Positions 26,670-37,238 of a stretch of DNA of 64,000 nucleotides are shown here, piece after piece. The stretch lies in NCBI GenBank assembly GCA_963575745.1, contig CAUYUJ010000002.1, forward strand, positions 930,001 to 994,000, written 5' to 3'. Positions within the stretch are counted from its first letter, which is position 1, and each line of letters starts with the position of its first letter. The translations under genes and the position numbers were made by a program. The notes below the pieces were generated by a model. The model searched no databases, was not told the DNA's origin, and saw only the letters and a list, made by a program, of their open reading frames with translations. The DNA comes from Prorocentrum cordatum (Eukaryota).

Positions 26670-28535
26670 TCATCTTAGCTTCCGGGCCTTCCCGGCATGC
26701 GCCAGAAGCCAGGCCAGAGCGTCGGGCCCCACCCCGTGCCAGTCGGAGGCGGTCCACGGCGGCCGCTTCCCAGCGATCATCGCGTCTTGGATGCCGTGCT
26801 CCGCTGCGAGGTGGTGTATCTCGAGCTGCTCGTGGTGGCCGTCGGCGGTGGCGGTGCCGCCGAAGCCGAACAGCTCCTGGCACAGCGGCAGGAAAGCCAC
26901 GAAGGCCATCAGGCCGGTGGACGGGACGTGCCCAGCGAGCTCCGAGAAGCCCCAGGAGATGCCCGCGATATCGGGGCGGACCTGCCCGATCAGGGAGTGG
27001 TTCCCGCTGCTGCCCCACCGCTCCACCAGCTCCTGCAGGCTGGGATTCCCCCCCCTTCTGCGCGATGGCGGCATTCCTGCAGTTGTCCAGCTCACCGCAG
27101 CTTGCCGTGGGTGGCACGTCTCCGCTGCCCTGCAGGAGGTCCTCCAGGGTCATCAGCTGCACGTGCTCCAGCAGCGCCTGCTGCTTATTGAGGAAGAACA
27201 CATCGGTCTTGCTGCCGAGGCTTCTCTGGATCTGCCCGCGGGGGATGCGGTTGATGCGGATGGCGGTGTCGTAGGAGTCAATCTGCTCCCCGTCCGCCCT
27301 TTCAAGCAAGGCGCTCGACGAGCCCACCAGGGCACACCTGCACAGCTCGCTAACGTTTCCGAAACTCTTGCCAGGCACGAAGTCCAACATTGACGCAAGA
27401 CCCAACCTGCCCTGTCCGTCGCGCGGGCTGTGTGCCACCAGCGTCACTGACGCGCCGACAGGGTAGTTGCTGGCCAGGGGCGAACGCAGAATCATGGAGC
27501 CGCGCTGCAGGGAACCGACTTTGCAGTCCTCCTGGGTGCCGACGGCCTCCAGCCTGACAGTGTCTCCGACGCTGAAAGCTTCGAGCTCCATCACCTCCAG
27601 CACCGAGTCGCCACCTTTGGCAGCCTTAAGCAAGGTCGTCACCAGCGGTGGCAACGCCGGAGCACTTTCTCCGTTGGCATCGGCCTTACCAACTCCGCCG
27701 TCGTCGACTGCACCAGGTTGCTTATCGGAACTCTGATCCAGCGGCGGATTCGCTGGAACATCGTCGTCGGCATCAGCCTCGCCACTGCCCTTATGGTCGC
27801 CAACGCCTGGTTGCTCGCTTTCGCTGCTAGCATCGGGCTCACCAATGCCGCCGTCGTCGCCGGCACCAGGTTGCTCATCGGAATTCTGATCCACCGGCGG
27901 CGTCGCCGAAGCCTCGTCGTCGGCATCGTCCTCGCCACTGCCGCCGTGGCCGCTAGCACCTGGCTGCTCACTGGAACTCCGAGCCTGACCTGGACCTGTC
28001 ATCGCGAACAGCCTCCAACAACCGTCGAACGTGCTCTTGCACTCGCCCTTGTACCTGTAGCAGCTTCCGCGCCCGGGCCCAGCGCCGGCGCAGTCCGAGT
28101 GCTGGAAGTTGAACAGGACACACCCGTCCTCGGCCGCGCAGCGCTCGCCGCAGGCGTCCATCGAGTCCTCGGTGAGGACGCCACGAGGTCCTCCCGATCA
28201 GAGCACCCCGTGCCGTTGTCGACCCACCTCGGCACAGCCGCGCTCACCGCGGAACCCAGCACCGACCGCACCACGGCCGCGGACGCGAGGCCCGACGCGG
28301 CCACGAGCGCGCCGGCTCCGGCGAGCGCGGCGCCGCCCGCGAGCGGGCACATCCGGCGTCGGCACCCTGCCGCCGGAAGCGACGGCAGCCCGTCGGAGTC
28401 GGCGCCGGCCTCGGCTCCGCCCGCCCCCTCGCGCGGCACCGAGCGCCCCCGCTCGAGGCCTCGGCGCGGCACGCCAGCGTCCCCGTGCCCTGCGGACAGC
28501 ATCGGCTGCTCCGCGTCGGCGGGAGGCCGCCGCAT
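26670..28535 (-). pseudogene. GT29 sialyltransferase-like type II membrane protein, two frameshifts (about 28180 and G8 run 27048-27055)
   Basis: N-terminal hydrophobic segment, Cys-rich PAN/apple-like part and acidic repeats. Sialylmotif L (CRCALVGSS...GEQIDSYDTAIRIN...GSKT), S (PSTGLMAF...LC..LFGF) and VS (HHLAAEH). Confidence 0.85.
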
Positions 28536-28595
28536 CGTCGTGGGGCCGCTCGTCCTTATGCGCGGGAGGCGGACGTTGAGCCTTGAGCCGGATCC

Positions 28596-28617
28596 CTTGA
28601 ACCAAAATGGCTACGGA
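28596..28617 (-). other. DinoSL spliced-leader relic TCCGTAGCCATTTTGGTTCAAG, followed by shorter GGCTCAAG/GCTCAAC remnants (28575-28589)
   Basis: 21/22 match to DCCGTAGCCATTTTGGCTCAAG. Confidence 0.95.
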
Positions 28618-29535
28618 GGGCCTCCCTGAGGCCGTCTTGGGGGCCTCCTGGGCCGGCTTCGGGGCCTCTTGGGCCATCTCGGGGGGTTCGTTGAACCCCA
28701 GAGGCCGACCCTTTTGGGCCGTCTGGGGCCCTCTTAGGTCTCTCTTGGGCTGTCTTGGGGCTCCGCGGGGGCGTCTGGGGCGCTGCGACGACGAAGCCAG
28801 CAAGTATGCTGAAAATGTGCGTTTTACAAAGGAAATAAACAGATTTTTTGCCTTTTGAAGGCTCTCTCGGGGCCCTTTTCGGCCATCTTCAAGCCATCTC
28901 GGGCCCTCTGGGGCCTCGCGGAGGCTGTCTTGAGAGCCTCATGGAAGCCACTTGGGGCCTCTTGTGGCCTCTTCGGAGGCTTCTGGAGACTGAGGGCTGG
29001 AATTTTCGGCGAGGGGGCCACGATCCTCGTGAGGGGTGCCAGAAAATGGCCCGGGGGGGGCCCCATGGCGACCAGAGGCACCAGCCGGGCCCCCCCCCCG
29101 GCCTACTCCGATATATCTATATGTCTATATATATACACACACATCTAGGTGTGCTATGAAACCAGCCGGCCCTTCGGCGTGTGTGAGACACTGTCGTCGT
29201 CTTCGTGGTCGTTGTCGATCCCAAAGAAGCGGAGGAACGAACGGAGAAAAGAAACGTTGTATTTCAGTCGATTCCCTTCCGTGTTTTCCTTCTCAGAGAA
29301 AGGGTATTGTACAGACAGGGGGGAGGGGGGGGTGGCACCGGGGCGGTTCCAGGGCAGCTTGCCGCCCCCCAGGGGTCCTGGCGGGTCCTGGGGGTGCTCC
29401 CCCTGTGGAGCAGGGGGACAGGTGGGTGACCCCCCCTGGAGAGGGTGTCCTGGTGGGGGCCCACAGCACCCACGAGACTCGTATCCGAGGCGGCTGCAGC
29501 AAGGTGGCAGCAGGACGCGGAGAGGGCACGGCGGC

Positions 29536-29568
29536 CTTCTTCAGGTCCGTCGAGTTCCGGATCTTGAC
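29536..29568 (-). CDS. Exon of DUF1517-like host gene: VKIRNSTDLKK
   Basis: CAG acceptor, AAG|GCCGCC donor, phase 0/0; resembles DUF1517 I.SS.DLK. Confidence 0.75.
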
Positions 29569-30483
29569 CTGCCAAAGGGGGTGTGGAAGCGCGGAGGGGG
29601 CACTCGCGAACCCTGCCCGCTGCGCGCACTCGAATCGGGCGCTCGCTGACATGAGCAGAGATCAGGGCTCTACTGACACGGCGAGTGGGCGCTGGATCTG
29701 AAATGCACCCCGGAATACGAGGCCAACGCCGCCTGATTTGGGCGACGGAGCGCGCCGATTCTGAGCGGAAGCGGGGCCCGTCGCTAACCCACGCGCCTTA
29801 ATCCGTGTGTGCGCCGTCTCGATGGAAGCAGGAGCGGCAGCAGCAGGAAGCGGAGCGAACACCAGAGTCGTGCGCGCTCGTCTTGGAGGAGCCCGCGCGT
29901 GCCCACGGGCATGGGCGTGGAGCGGGAACGAGAAGGGGAATCCCACCAGCCCTCTGGGCGACAGGGGGTCTAACGATGTCTTTCTTTCCTCTTCCACAAT
30001 CCCTTCTTCCCCTTCGGGGAGGTTTTAACCCCTCCCCCTACCCCCTCCCCCCTCCCCTGGACCTGGACGGGGCGCCCCGCGATGTGTCAGAGGGTCCTTT
30101 TATGCACAAGATGGCTCCAAGAGGGCGTCAGAGAGCCCGAGATGACCTCCAAGATCGCTCAAGACAGCCCAACATGGCTCAAGACAGCTTCAAGGGTGTG
30201 GAGCGGGAGCGAGAAGAGGAACAGGATACGGCAAATTCGTGCCGTGACGACTCTGGCGTCGGCTTCTGACACCGCGAGGATTGTTGGGCTCCCGCACTTG
30301 CGGGGGTCGCCTTTGCGCCTGCGGCGGCCGAGAGCCCGCTCGGACGGACGCCGCCCGACGGCCTCCTCCTCCTCCTCCTTATCCGCCCCTCCTCCTCCTC
30401 CTCCTCCTCCTCCTCCTCCTCCTCCTCCTCCTCGTGCTTCCCGATGGCGCGGGATCATTCGGCATCGGCGGATGCCGGGCCAC

Positions 30484-30497
30484 CAGCGGCGTGCCCC
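30484..30497 (-). CDS. Candidate 14-nt microexon (G)GTPL of host gene
   Basis: AAG acceptor and GTGGCC donor; supplies the phase 1-to-0 change needed between 36970 and 29568. Chosen by eye and not unique. Confidence 0.4.
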
Positions 30498-31254
30498 CTT
30501 GGACGCCCGCACCGGGGACGCCGCCGAATCGACACAACATGCGCCTGCCGCATTCATCAATCTGCCGACTTCCCCGGCACACAACCCTCCTCGCAATGCT
30601 GGGCTTCTCTCCTCTCTGTCCGCCTACCGAGGCTGCCGATGTGGCTGCTGCCACCTCTGCGTTCTCGTCCCACCCGTGCTGCTGCCTGCTGCAAAGGCTA
30701 CCGCCCCGCCTGAAGGTTACCTTTGACTTCTTGTGAATTCCACCCTCCTCTAATTCCTCCAAGTCTTCATACTCCTACGCTTTCCGCTAGTGCTGCTATT
30801 ATTCCTCCTCTTCGTGATCCTTCTCGACCTGGCCCTTTAGGGCGAAGGTGGTTTAGACTGTTTCCTCTTCCAACCCCCTTCTTCCGCTTTGGGGACGGGT
30901 TTACCGTTCCCCTCCCTCCTCCCCCTGGGTTTGGACGGGGGGGGTGGGGCGCGAGGGGTTAGAGCACCCAGGATGGCTCCAAGAGGGCCCAGAGAGCTAA
31001 AGATGGTCTCGAACATGGCTCAAGATGACGCAATATGGCTTAAGACAGGGTTGGACCTAAACGTTGTGTTTCGTTTTGGTTTCGTTTTGTTTTTCGTTGT
31101 CCTGCACCTCCCTCCGAAAACGAAGAACAAGACACAACCGAAGTCCAGCAAAACACCGTTTAGGTCTAGCCCTGGCTCAAGACGGCTTCACACATTCTCC
31201 AAGAGGCCCCCAAAAGCCGCCACAAAAGCGGGGCCCTGTGGCCACGGAACCTCT

Positions 31255-31340
31255 CCTCTTCCGCCTCCTCCTCCGCCTCCTCCTCCTCCGCCTCCTCCTC
31301 CGCCTCCTCCTCCGCCTCCTCCTCCTCCGCCCTCCTCCTC

Positions 31341-31371
<31 letters not shown>

Positions 31372-32085
31372 CTCCTCCTCCTCCTCCTCCGCCTTCTCCG
31401 CCTCCTCCTTCTCCTCCTCCTCCGCCTCCTCCTCCTCCGCCTCCTCCGCCTCCTCCTCCTCCTCCTCCGCCTCCTCCTCCTCCTCTTCCTCCTCTTCCTC
31501 CTCCTCCTACTGCTCCTCCTCCTCTCCTCCTCCGCCTCCGCGTCCTCCTCCGCCTCCTCCTCCTCCTTCTCCAGAGTACGCTCCAAGAGGCCAACGTCCG
31601 TCCAACACTCAGGAGGCCACACAACTCTTTTGGTCTTCACGCCTTTTCGCCTCCGATGGGCCCTTGGGGCCTCGAGGCGGCGCCGCGGTGGGAGGAGGAG
31701 GGAGGAGGAGGAGGGAGGAGGAGGGAGGAGGAGGAGGGAGGGGAGGAGGAGGTGGAGGAGGGGTGTAGGAGGAGAGGAGAGAGAGGAGAGGAGAGGAGGA
31801 GAGGAGGGGAGGAGGAAGGAGGAGGAGGAGGAGGAGGAGGAGGAGGAGGAGGAGGAGAGGAGGAGGAGGAGGAGGAGGAGGGGAGGAGAGAGGAGGGGAG
31901 GAGGGGAGAGGAGTAGGAGAAAGAGGAGAAGGAGGAGGGAGGAGGGGAGGGGAAGGGGGAGGGGGGGGAGGAGGAGGAGGAAGAGGAGGGGGAGGAGGAG
32001 AGAGGTGGAGGAGTAGGAGGAAGAGGAGGAGGAGGGGAGGAGGGGGAGGAAGGGAGGAGGAGGAGGAGGGGGAGGAAAGGGAGGA
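31255..32085. repeat. (CCT)n tract (31255-31570) followed by (GGA)n tract (31690-32085)
   Basis: Direct reading. Confidence 0.95.
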
Positions 32086-32099
32086 GCTGTTCAAAATCC

Positions 32100-33790
32100 A
32101 ACAGCCGTCGCCGCTGCCTTCCGCTACGGGTGCCGCCCAGGCGCGCCAATACCCTTAGTACTTGCAGCAGTGAGCACAAGATCCCAAAATCAATTGGCCA
32201 GGGCATAGATTACGCGGAAAGCATCTGTACACCTCTATCTTGCCAAGCCAGGGCCATCCTGGCCCTGGCATTGTGTATACGCCCTCCTGGCCGAGGCCAG
32301 GGGGATCTATACACCATACTAGGGCACAGGATGGCCCTGACCTGGCACGGTTGTGGTGTGTAGACGCCTTCGTCGGATAGAAATGGGCAGCCTGGGCCAC
32401 GGGTTCCCAAAGGATCTGTGCCAGGTCGGCCCCAGGCTTGGCATCCCCATTGGCCACCTCGTTGCACCTGAATCCAGGTTCGGTGATCCGTGGCTGTGAC
32501 GGCTTGGCGGCGACCAGCCTACCCTCGGGGTTGCCGCCTCAATGAGATGGATGGCTTTTGTTTTGCTTGCAAAATCACCGTCGTTGGCCGAGCCTCGGCT
32601 GGTGCCAACAACGGCCGCATTCAGCAGCATGAAGGGGAGGACACTGCCCTGGCCCCGTATGTATGGCCGTGAGCACGTATACAACAAAGCTGGCGGGCAC
32701 TGGGGTGCGCTTCAGGGCCTGGGTGACACCTTCCAAATCCGCGAGAGGCACCGTCTGGTGCCGTATCCACCCTTCCCCGAGGATTCCACCACGACAAATT
32801 TCGAAACCCTAACCGCACCGACGGAGCCTGGACTCGCTGGTATGCTCGTCCCCAATCCCATCTGCGCCAACAGAATAACCGTGCGGGAGTGGGAATCTCA
32901 CCCCTTCCTGAGCATCCTCTGATGCCCCACTCTCTCACTCAGATCACTTGTCAATGTGAGGGTCGAGCCAACTCCTGGGCACGATGTCGCGGCCAGAAAC
33001 ACGGCCACTGTTCCGGTTCTTCATGGACTTGGGCAAAGAGGTTGCAGACCGTCTCCGCGAAGCCGCCGTCAAGCAAAAGCACATCCACTGTTGATGCTAG
33101 ATGGCCTGTAAGACAGGACACCGCCTCTAAACTTGGCAGCGGGAGCATCCTTGGCGATCGGCCTGCTCGTGGTACTTGGTGCTCCTCACCAGAACACGCT
33201 TCTACCATTCCTCGGGGTCCTCGTTTGCTGTCGAGGAAGGAAGTAGTCAGTGTCACCAGTGGGGCAGCTGAGGTTGTCATCCATTCTGGAAGAGAGTGGC
33301 TACACTGGTAGCAGTGGGCCCCTTGATGCTCCCCGATGGAGGCGTGGCGGCGCGCATAGACGCACCTGTTTCACGCCGAAGCGAAGGCCACCCGCTCCCG
33401 CATGAGGGCGGGCAAGAACGCCTTGGCAATGTCGCAATGGGCGAAACGCAGGAAGTCGTCCTTCTTGCCTCTTGCCAAGGCCGAGGCAGAGAACTACTGT
33501 GGCACATCCGCCTGCTCGCCGCTTCCCCGTCCGTGCGACCATCCTGGGCCTGAACTGCTTGAGGGCCGTTAGTGAGGGCCCTTGGGCCATCATCCGACAT
33601 GAAACTTTGGGCCTCACTCCCGTGCGGCTGAGCTCGTTGGCTGTCCAATTGGCTTTGACTAGGCGGCGAGCTCGGCTGGCCCTGGCAAAGGCTTTCTCAA
33701 GATGCCTGCTCGCAATCTGGGTGGCACGTCTACTCTGGGGAAAGCAGAGGCCGAGGGGCTGCAACGCCTGATCTCTCGAGCTCCCTACCC
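32100..33790 (-). pseudogene. Degenerate LINE fragment (post-RT region plus RNase H)
   Basis: SRTGVRPKVS...GPSLTALKQFR...GGCAT resembles ARTGGLPSAT...GMSTSALGQLR...GRCRT of the 37239 ORF. RNase H ADGIGDEHTSESRLRRCG*G and HQTVPLADL carry an in-frame stop. Confidence 0.75.
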
Positions 33791-33909
33791 TGCAACCGGG
33801 ACCACCTCCTCTTCCCCGGGTGTACGGGTACAAGCACATGTCCACAAGTCCACTCTTGAGAAGGAAGGGACCAACGATAAACGTGAAGCCCAGGGGCTAA
33901 CAAAGGGAG

Positions 33910-34023
33910 CCTCCTCCTCCCCCTCCTCCTCCTCCTTTCCTCTTCCTTCTTCTCCTCCTCCTCCTCCTCCTTCTCCTCCTCCTCCTCCTCCTCCTCCTCC
34001 TCCTCCTCCGCCTCCTCCTCCTC

Positions 34024-34055
<32 letters not shown>

Positions 34056-35479
34056 TCCTCCTCCCCTCCTCTCCCTCCCACTCCCCCTCCTCCTCCTCTC
34101 CTCCTCCTCCTCCTCCTCCTCCTCCCTCCTCCTCCTCCTCCTCCTCCTCCCCCTCCTCCTCCTCCTCCTCTCCTCCTTCTCCCCCCTCCTCCTCCTCCTC
34201 ACTGTCCCCTCCTCCCCTCCTCCTCCTCCTCCTCCTCCTCCTCCTCCTCCTCCTCCTCCTCCTCCTCCTCCTCCCCCTCCTCCTCCCTTTCCCCCTCCCC
34301 TCCCCCTCCCCCCCCCCCTCCTCCTCCCTTTCCCCCTCCCCCTCCCCTCCCCTTCTCCTCCTCCTCCTCCTCCTCCTCCTCCTCCTCCTCTTCCTTCTCC
34401 TCCTCCTCCTCCTCCTCCTTCTCCTCCTCCTTCTCCTCCATTCATTTTCCTTATGCATAATTTCTCCCTGTCGCACCCCGAGGCCAGTTTTTAGTGCCGG
34501 CCGGGCGTTTCGCCTGAGACTTCCTCACCATCGATGACTCTGAAGCTTAAAAATTGGCAAGAGTTTCACAGATGAAGGGCGGGTCGTTTTCAAAATGCGG
34601 CTCTCGCCTTAGCGCGGTGCTCATTCGTTTTTGAAAACGAAAATAGTTTCACGTACTGGGGGCGGATGGTTTTCAAACTGTGGCTCTCGCCTTAGCGCGG
34701 TGCTCATTCGTTTCAAACAATTGCAAGAGTTTCGCGGATTGAGGGCGGGCCGTTTTCAAAATATGGCTCTCGCCTTAGCGGCACGCATTCGTTTCAAACA
34801 TTTGCAAGAGTTTCACGGGTTGAGGGCGGGCCGTTTTCAAAATGCGGCTCTCGCCCTACCGCGGCGCATACTCGCTTTAACAAATTTCAGAAGTTCCACG
34901 AACTCCCATCATCAACGTGGCAGAAATGGTGTTTGAACGGGTTCAGGATTATGCGGGTGCAACACTTGTATTGATCCGCTTTGAAGTCCCAAGAACGGCG
35001 TTCTGGCACGACTCAAGATTGTCAAGACGCAACGGTCAGGTTGATCCGTGGCGTTGGAATCCCGATAAAACAATGTTTCGGCATGCTTCAGGGTCTTCAA
35101 ACGGTTGTCTTCCAAAGAGGCAGTTCCTTCAATTGAAATGAACCATTGTAAGGGCCTATGGAGAGGGAGCTTGGAGGGAGGGTATACTATAACATCGTTG
35201 ATGACTCTTGGGGTTACACTGGTCCTCCTCCTCCTCCTCCGCCTCCCCCTCCTCCTCCTCCTCACTGTCCCCTCCTCCTCCTCCTCCCCCTCCTCCTCCT
35301 CCTCCTCCTCCTCCTCCTCCTCCTCCTCTTCCTCCTCCTCCTCCTCCTCCTCCTCCCCCTCCTCAACCTCACTGTCCCCTCTTCGTCCTCCCCCTCCTCC
35401 TCCTCCTCCTCCTCCTCCTCCTCCTCCTCCTCCTCATCATCATCATCAGCATCAGCATCAGCATCAGCATACATCAATC

Positions 35480-35528
<49 letters not shown>

Positions 35529-35683
35529 ACAGCCCATCACATCAGCACCAAGACCACACCACATCATGCATCAGCATCAGCATCAGAATCATCACCATCA
35601 CCATCACCATCACCATCACCATCACCATCACCATCACCATCACCATCACATCACCATCACATCACCATCACCCATCATCACAG

Positions 35684-35716
<33 letters not shown>

Positions 35717-35885
35717 ACTCATCATCATCACCCCCCATCCCACTCCCCCTCCCCCTCCTCCTCTTCCTGCTTCACCTCCTCCTCCACCTCCTCCTCCACA
35801 CCACCACCATCACCACCATCATCATCATCAGCATCATCATCATCAGCATCATCATCATCAGCATCATCATCTTCATCATCATCAT

Positions 35886-35917
<32 letters not shown>

Positions 35918-36920
35918 TCATCACCATCATCATCAGCATCAGCATCAGCATCATTATCATCATCATCAACCTCATCATCATCAACATCAACATCATCAGC
36001 ATCAGCATCAGCATCAGCATCAGCATCATCATCATCATCATCATCATCCCCATCCCCCTCCCCCTCCCCCTCCTCCTCCTCCTCTTCATCCTCCGCTTGC
36101 GCGTCATCCTCCTCCTCCTCCTCCTCTCCTCATCAAGCATCATCATCATCATCATAACTCATCACATACTCATACATCATACTTAATCATCATCATCACC
36201 CCCCTCCCCCCCCCCTTCCCCCTCCTCCTCTTTCCTCCTCCACCTCCGCCTCCACCCCTCCTCCTCCCCTCCTCATCATCAACAACCACCACCACCACCA
36301 CCATCATCCATCACCACCACCACCACCATCACATCATCAGCATCAATCAGCAGCAGCACAACAGCATCCGCCCCGAGTCAGCAGCAGCATCAGCATTATC
36401 ATACAACATCATCATCACACATCTTCAGCATCATCAAAACAAAATCAAACAATAAGAATCATCATCATCTTCATCCCCTCACCCCTCCCCTCCCCCTTCC
36501 CCTCCTCCTCCCCTCCCTCCGCCTCTTCATCCCTCCGCTTGATCAAAACATCATCTATCATCAGCATCATCATCATCAATCATCATCATCATCAGCATCA
36601 TACAGCACCCAACCACAAATCCATCACCTCCCGTCTACCCCCTCCCCCTCCCCCTCCCCCTCCCCCTCCGCCTCCTCCTCCTTCTCCTCTTCATCCTCCG
36701 CTTGCGCGTCATCCTCCTCCGCCACCTCATCCTATCCTGCCCCCCTACTCCGCCTCCACCTCTCGTCATCATCATCATCATCATCATCATCAGCATCATC
36801 ATCAGCTATACATCAATCATCACATCATCACATCATCATTATCATTATCATCATCATCATCATCATCCCCCTCCCCCTCCTCCTGGTCCTCCTCCCCCTC
36901 CTCCTCCTCCTCCTCCTCTT
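33910..36920 (+). repeat. Large (CCT)/(CAT)/(CAC) low-complexity blocks (33910-34440, 35222-36920)
   Basis: Direct reading. Confidence 0.95.
34550..34880 (+). repeat. ~81-bp tandem repeat, about 4 units
   Basis: ttgcaagagtttc.cgg.ttgagggcgggccgttttcaaaat..ggctctcgccttagcg...cattcgtttcaaaca. Confidence 0.85.
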
Positions 36921-36969
36921 CATCCTCCTGCGCGTCCGGCCTCGTCCCCGTCGCCCGCGCAAACGATGC

Positions 36970-37000
36970 CGTAGCAGCTCACGAGCATCGTGACGACGAC
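36970..37000 (-). CDS. Exon of DUF1517-like host gene: VVVTMLVSCY(G)
   Basis: CAG acceptor, G|GCATCG donor; resembles DUF1517 IVVTILVAAEG. Confidence 0.75.
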
Positions 37001-37238
37001 CTGGCTGGCACCCGGGCGGCTCCGCCGGGTGCGCGAAGGGCGCCCCGATCGGCCGACCAGTGCGAGGGCGGCAGGGCGAGATGCGCGAGGGGTGTCAAGG
37101 GATGGGGCGGCTCCTCCTCCTCCTCCTCCTGTTGGCTCCTGTTGGCTCCATAGCAGTCTGTTACCGCTGGCCAAGCCTGCAATAAAGCTGCGAAAAACAG
37201 TGCTGGTAAAAGGTTGAATAAAAGGGGTCGGGGAGGGG

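Larger units (their letters stand above)
25794..28617 (-). pseudogene. Processed mRNA retrocopy (SL to 3' end) of a GT29 sialyltransferase-like gene, with 15-bp TSD
   Basis: Starts exactly with DinoSL and is intronless. Flanked by identical GGGCCTCCCTGAGGC at 25779-25793 and 28618-28632, which is single-copy in intact satellite units. Confidence 0.9.
24355..29111 (-). mobile_element. Non-autonomous Helitron-like element with internal ~395-bp tandem array, interrupted by a retrocopy
   Basis: Minus-strand 3' end is hairpin gcgcgcgCGAAGcgcgcgc followed by atggttCTAG|T in TA-rich DNA. 5' end is A|TCGGAGTAGGCC. Both ends recur at 43414 and about 44930. Confidence 0.6.

Noticed and set aside
30155..31185. 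ATGGCTCAAG/TGGCTCAAG as SL relics
   Set aside because: These are variants of the GGCCCCAAGA repeat and lack CCATTTT.
34550..34880. CRISPR-like array
   Set aside because: Whole units are homologous with no unique spacers; no cas genes; eukaryotic context.
10995..36455. Long ORFs of poly-P/S/R/H/CV/TH in the ORF track
   Set aside because: They are translations of microsatellites and satellites, open in several frames.
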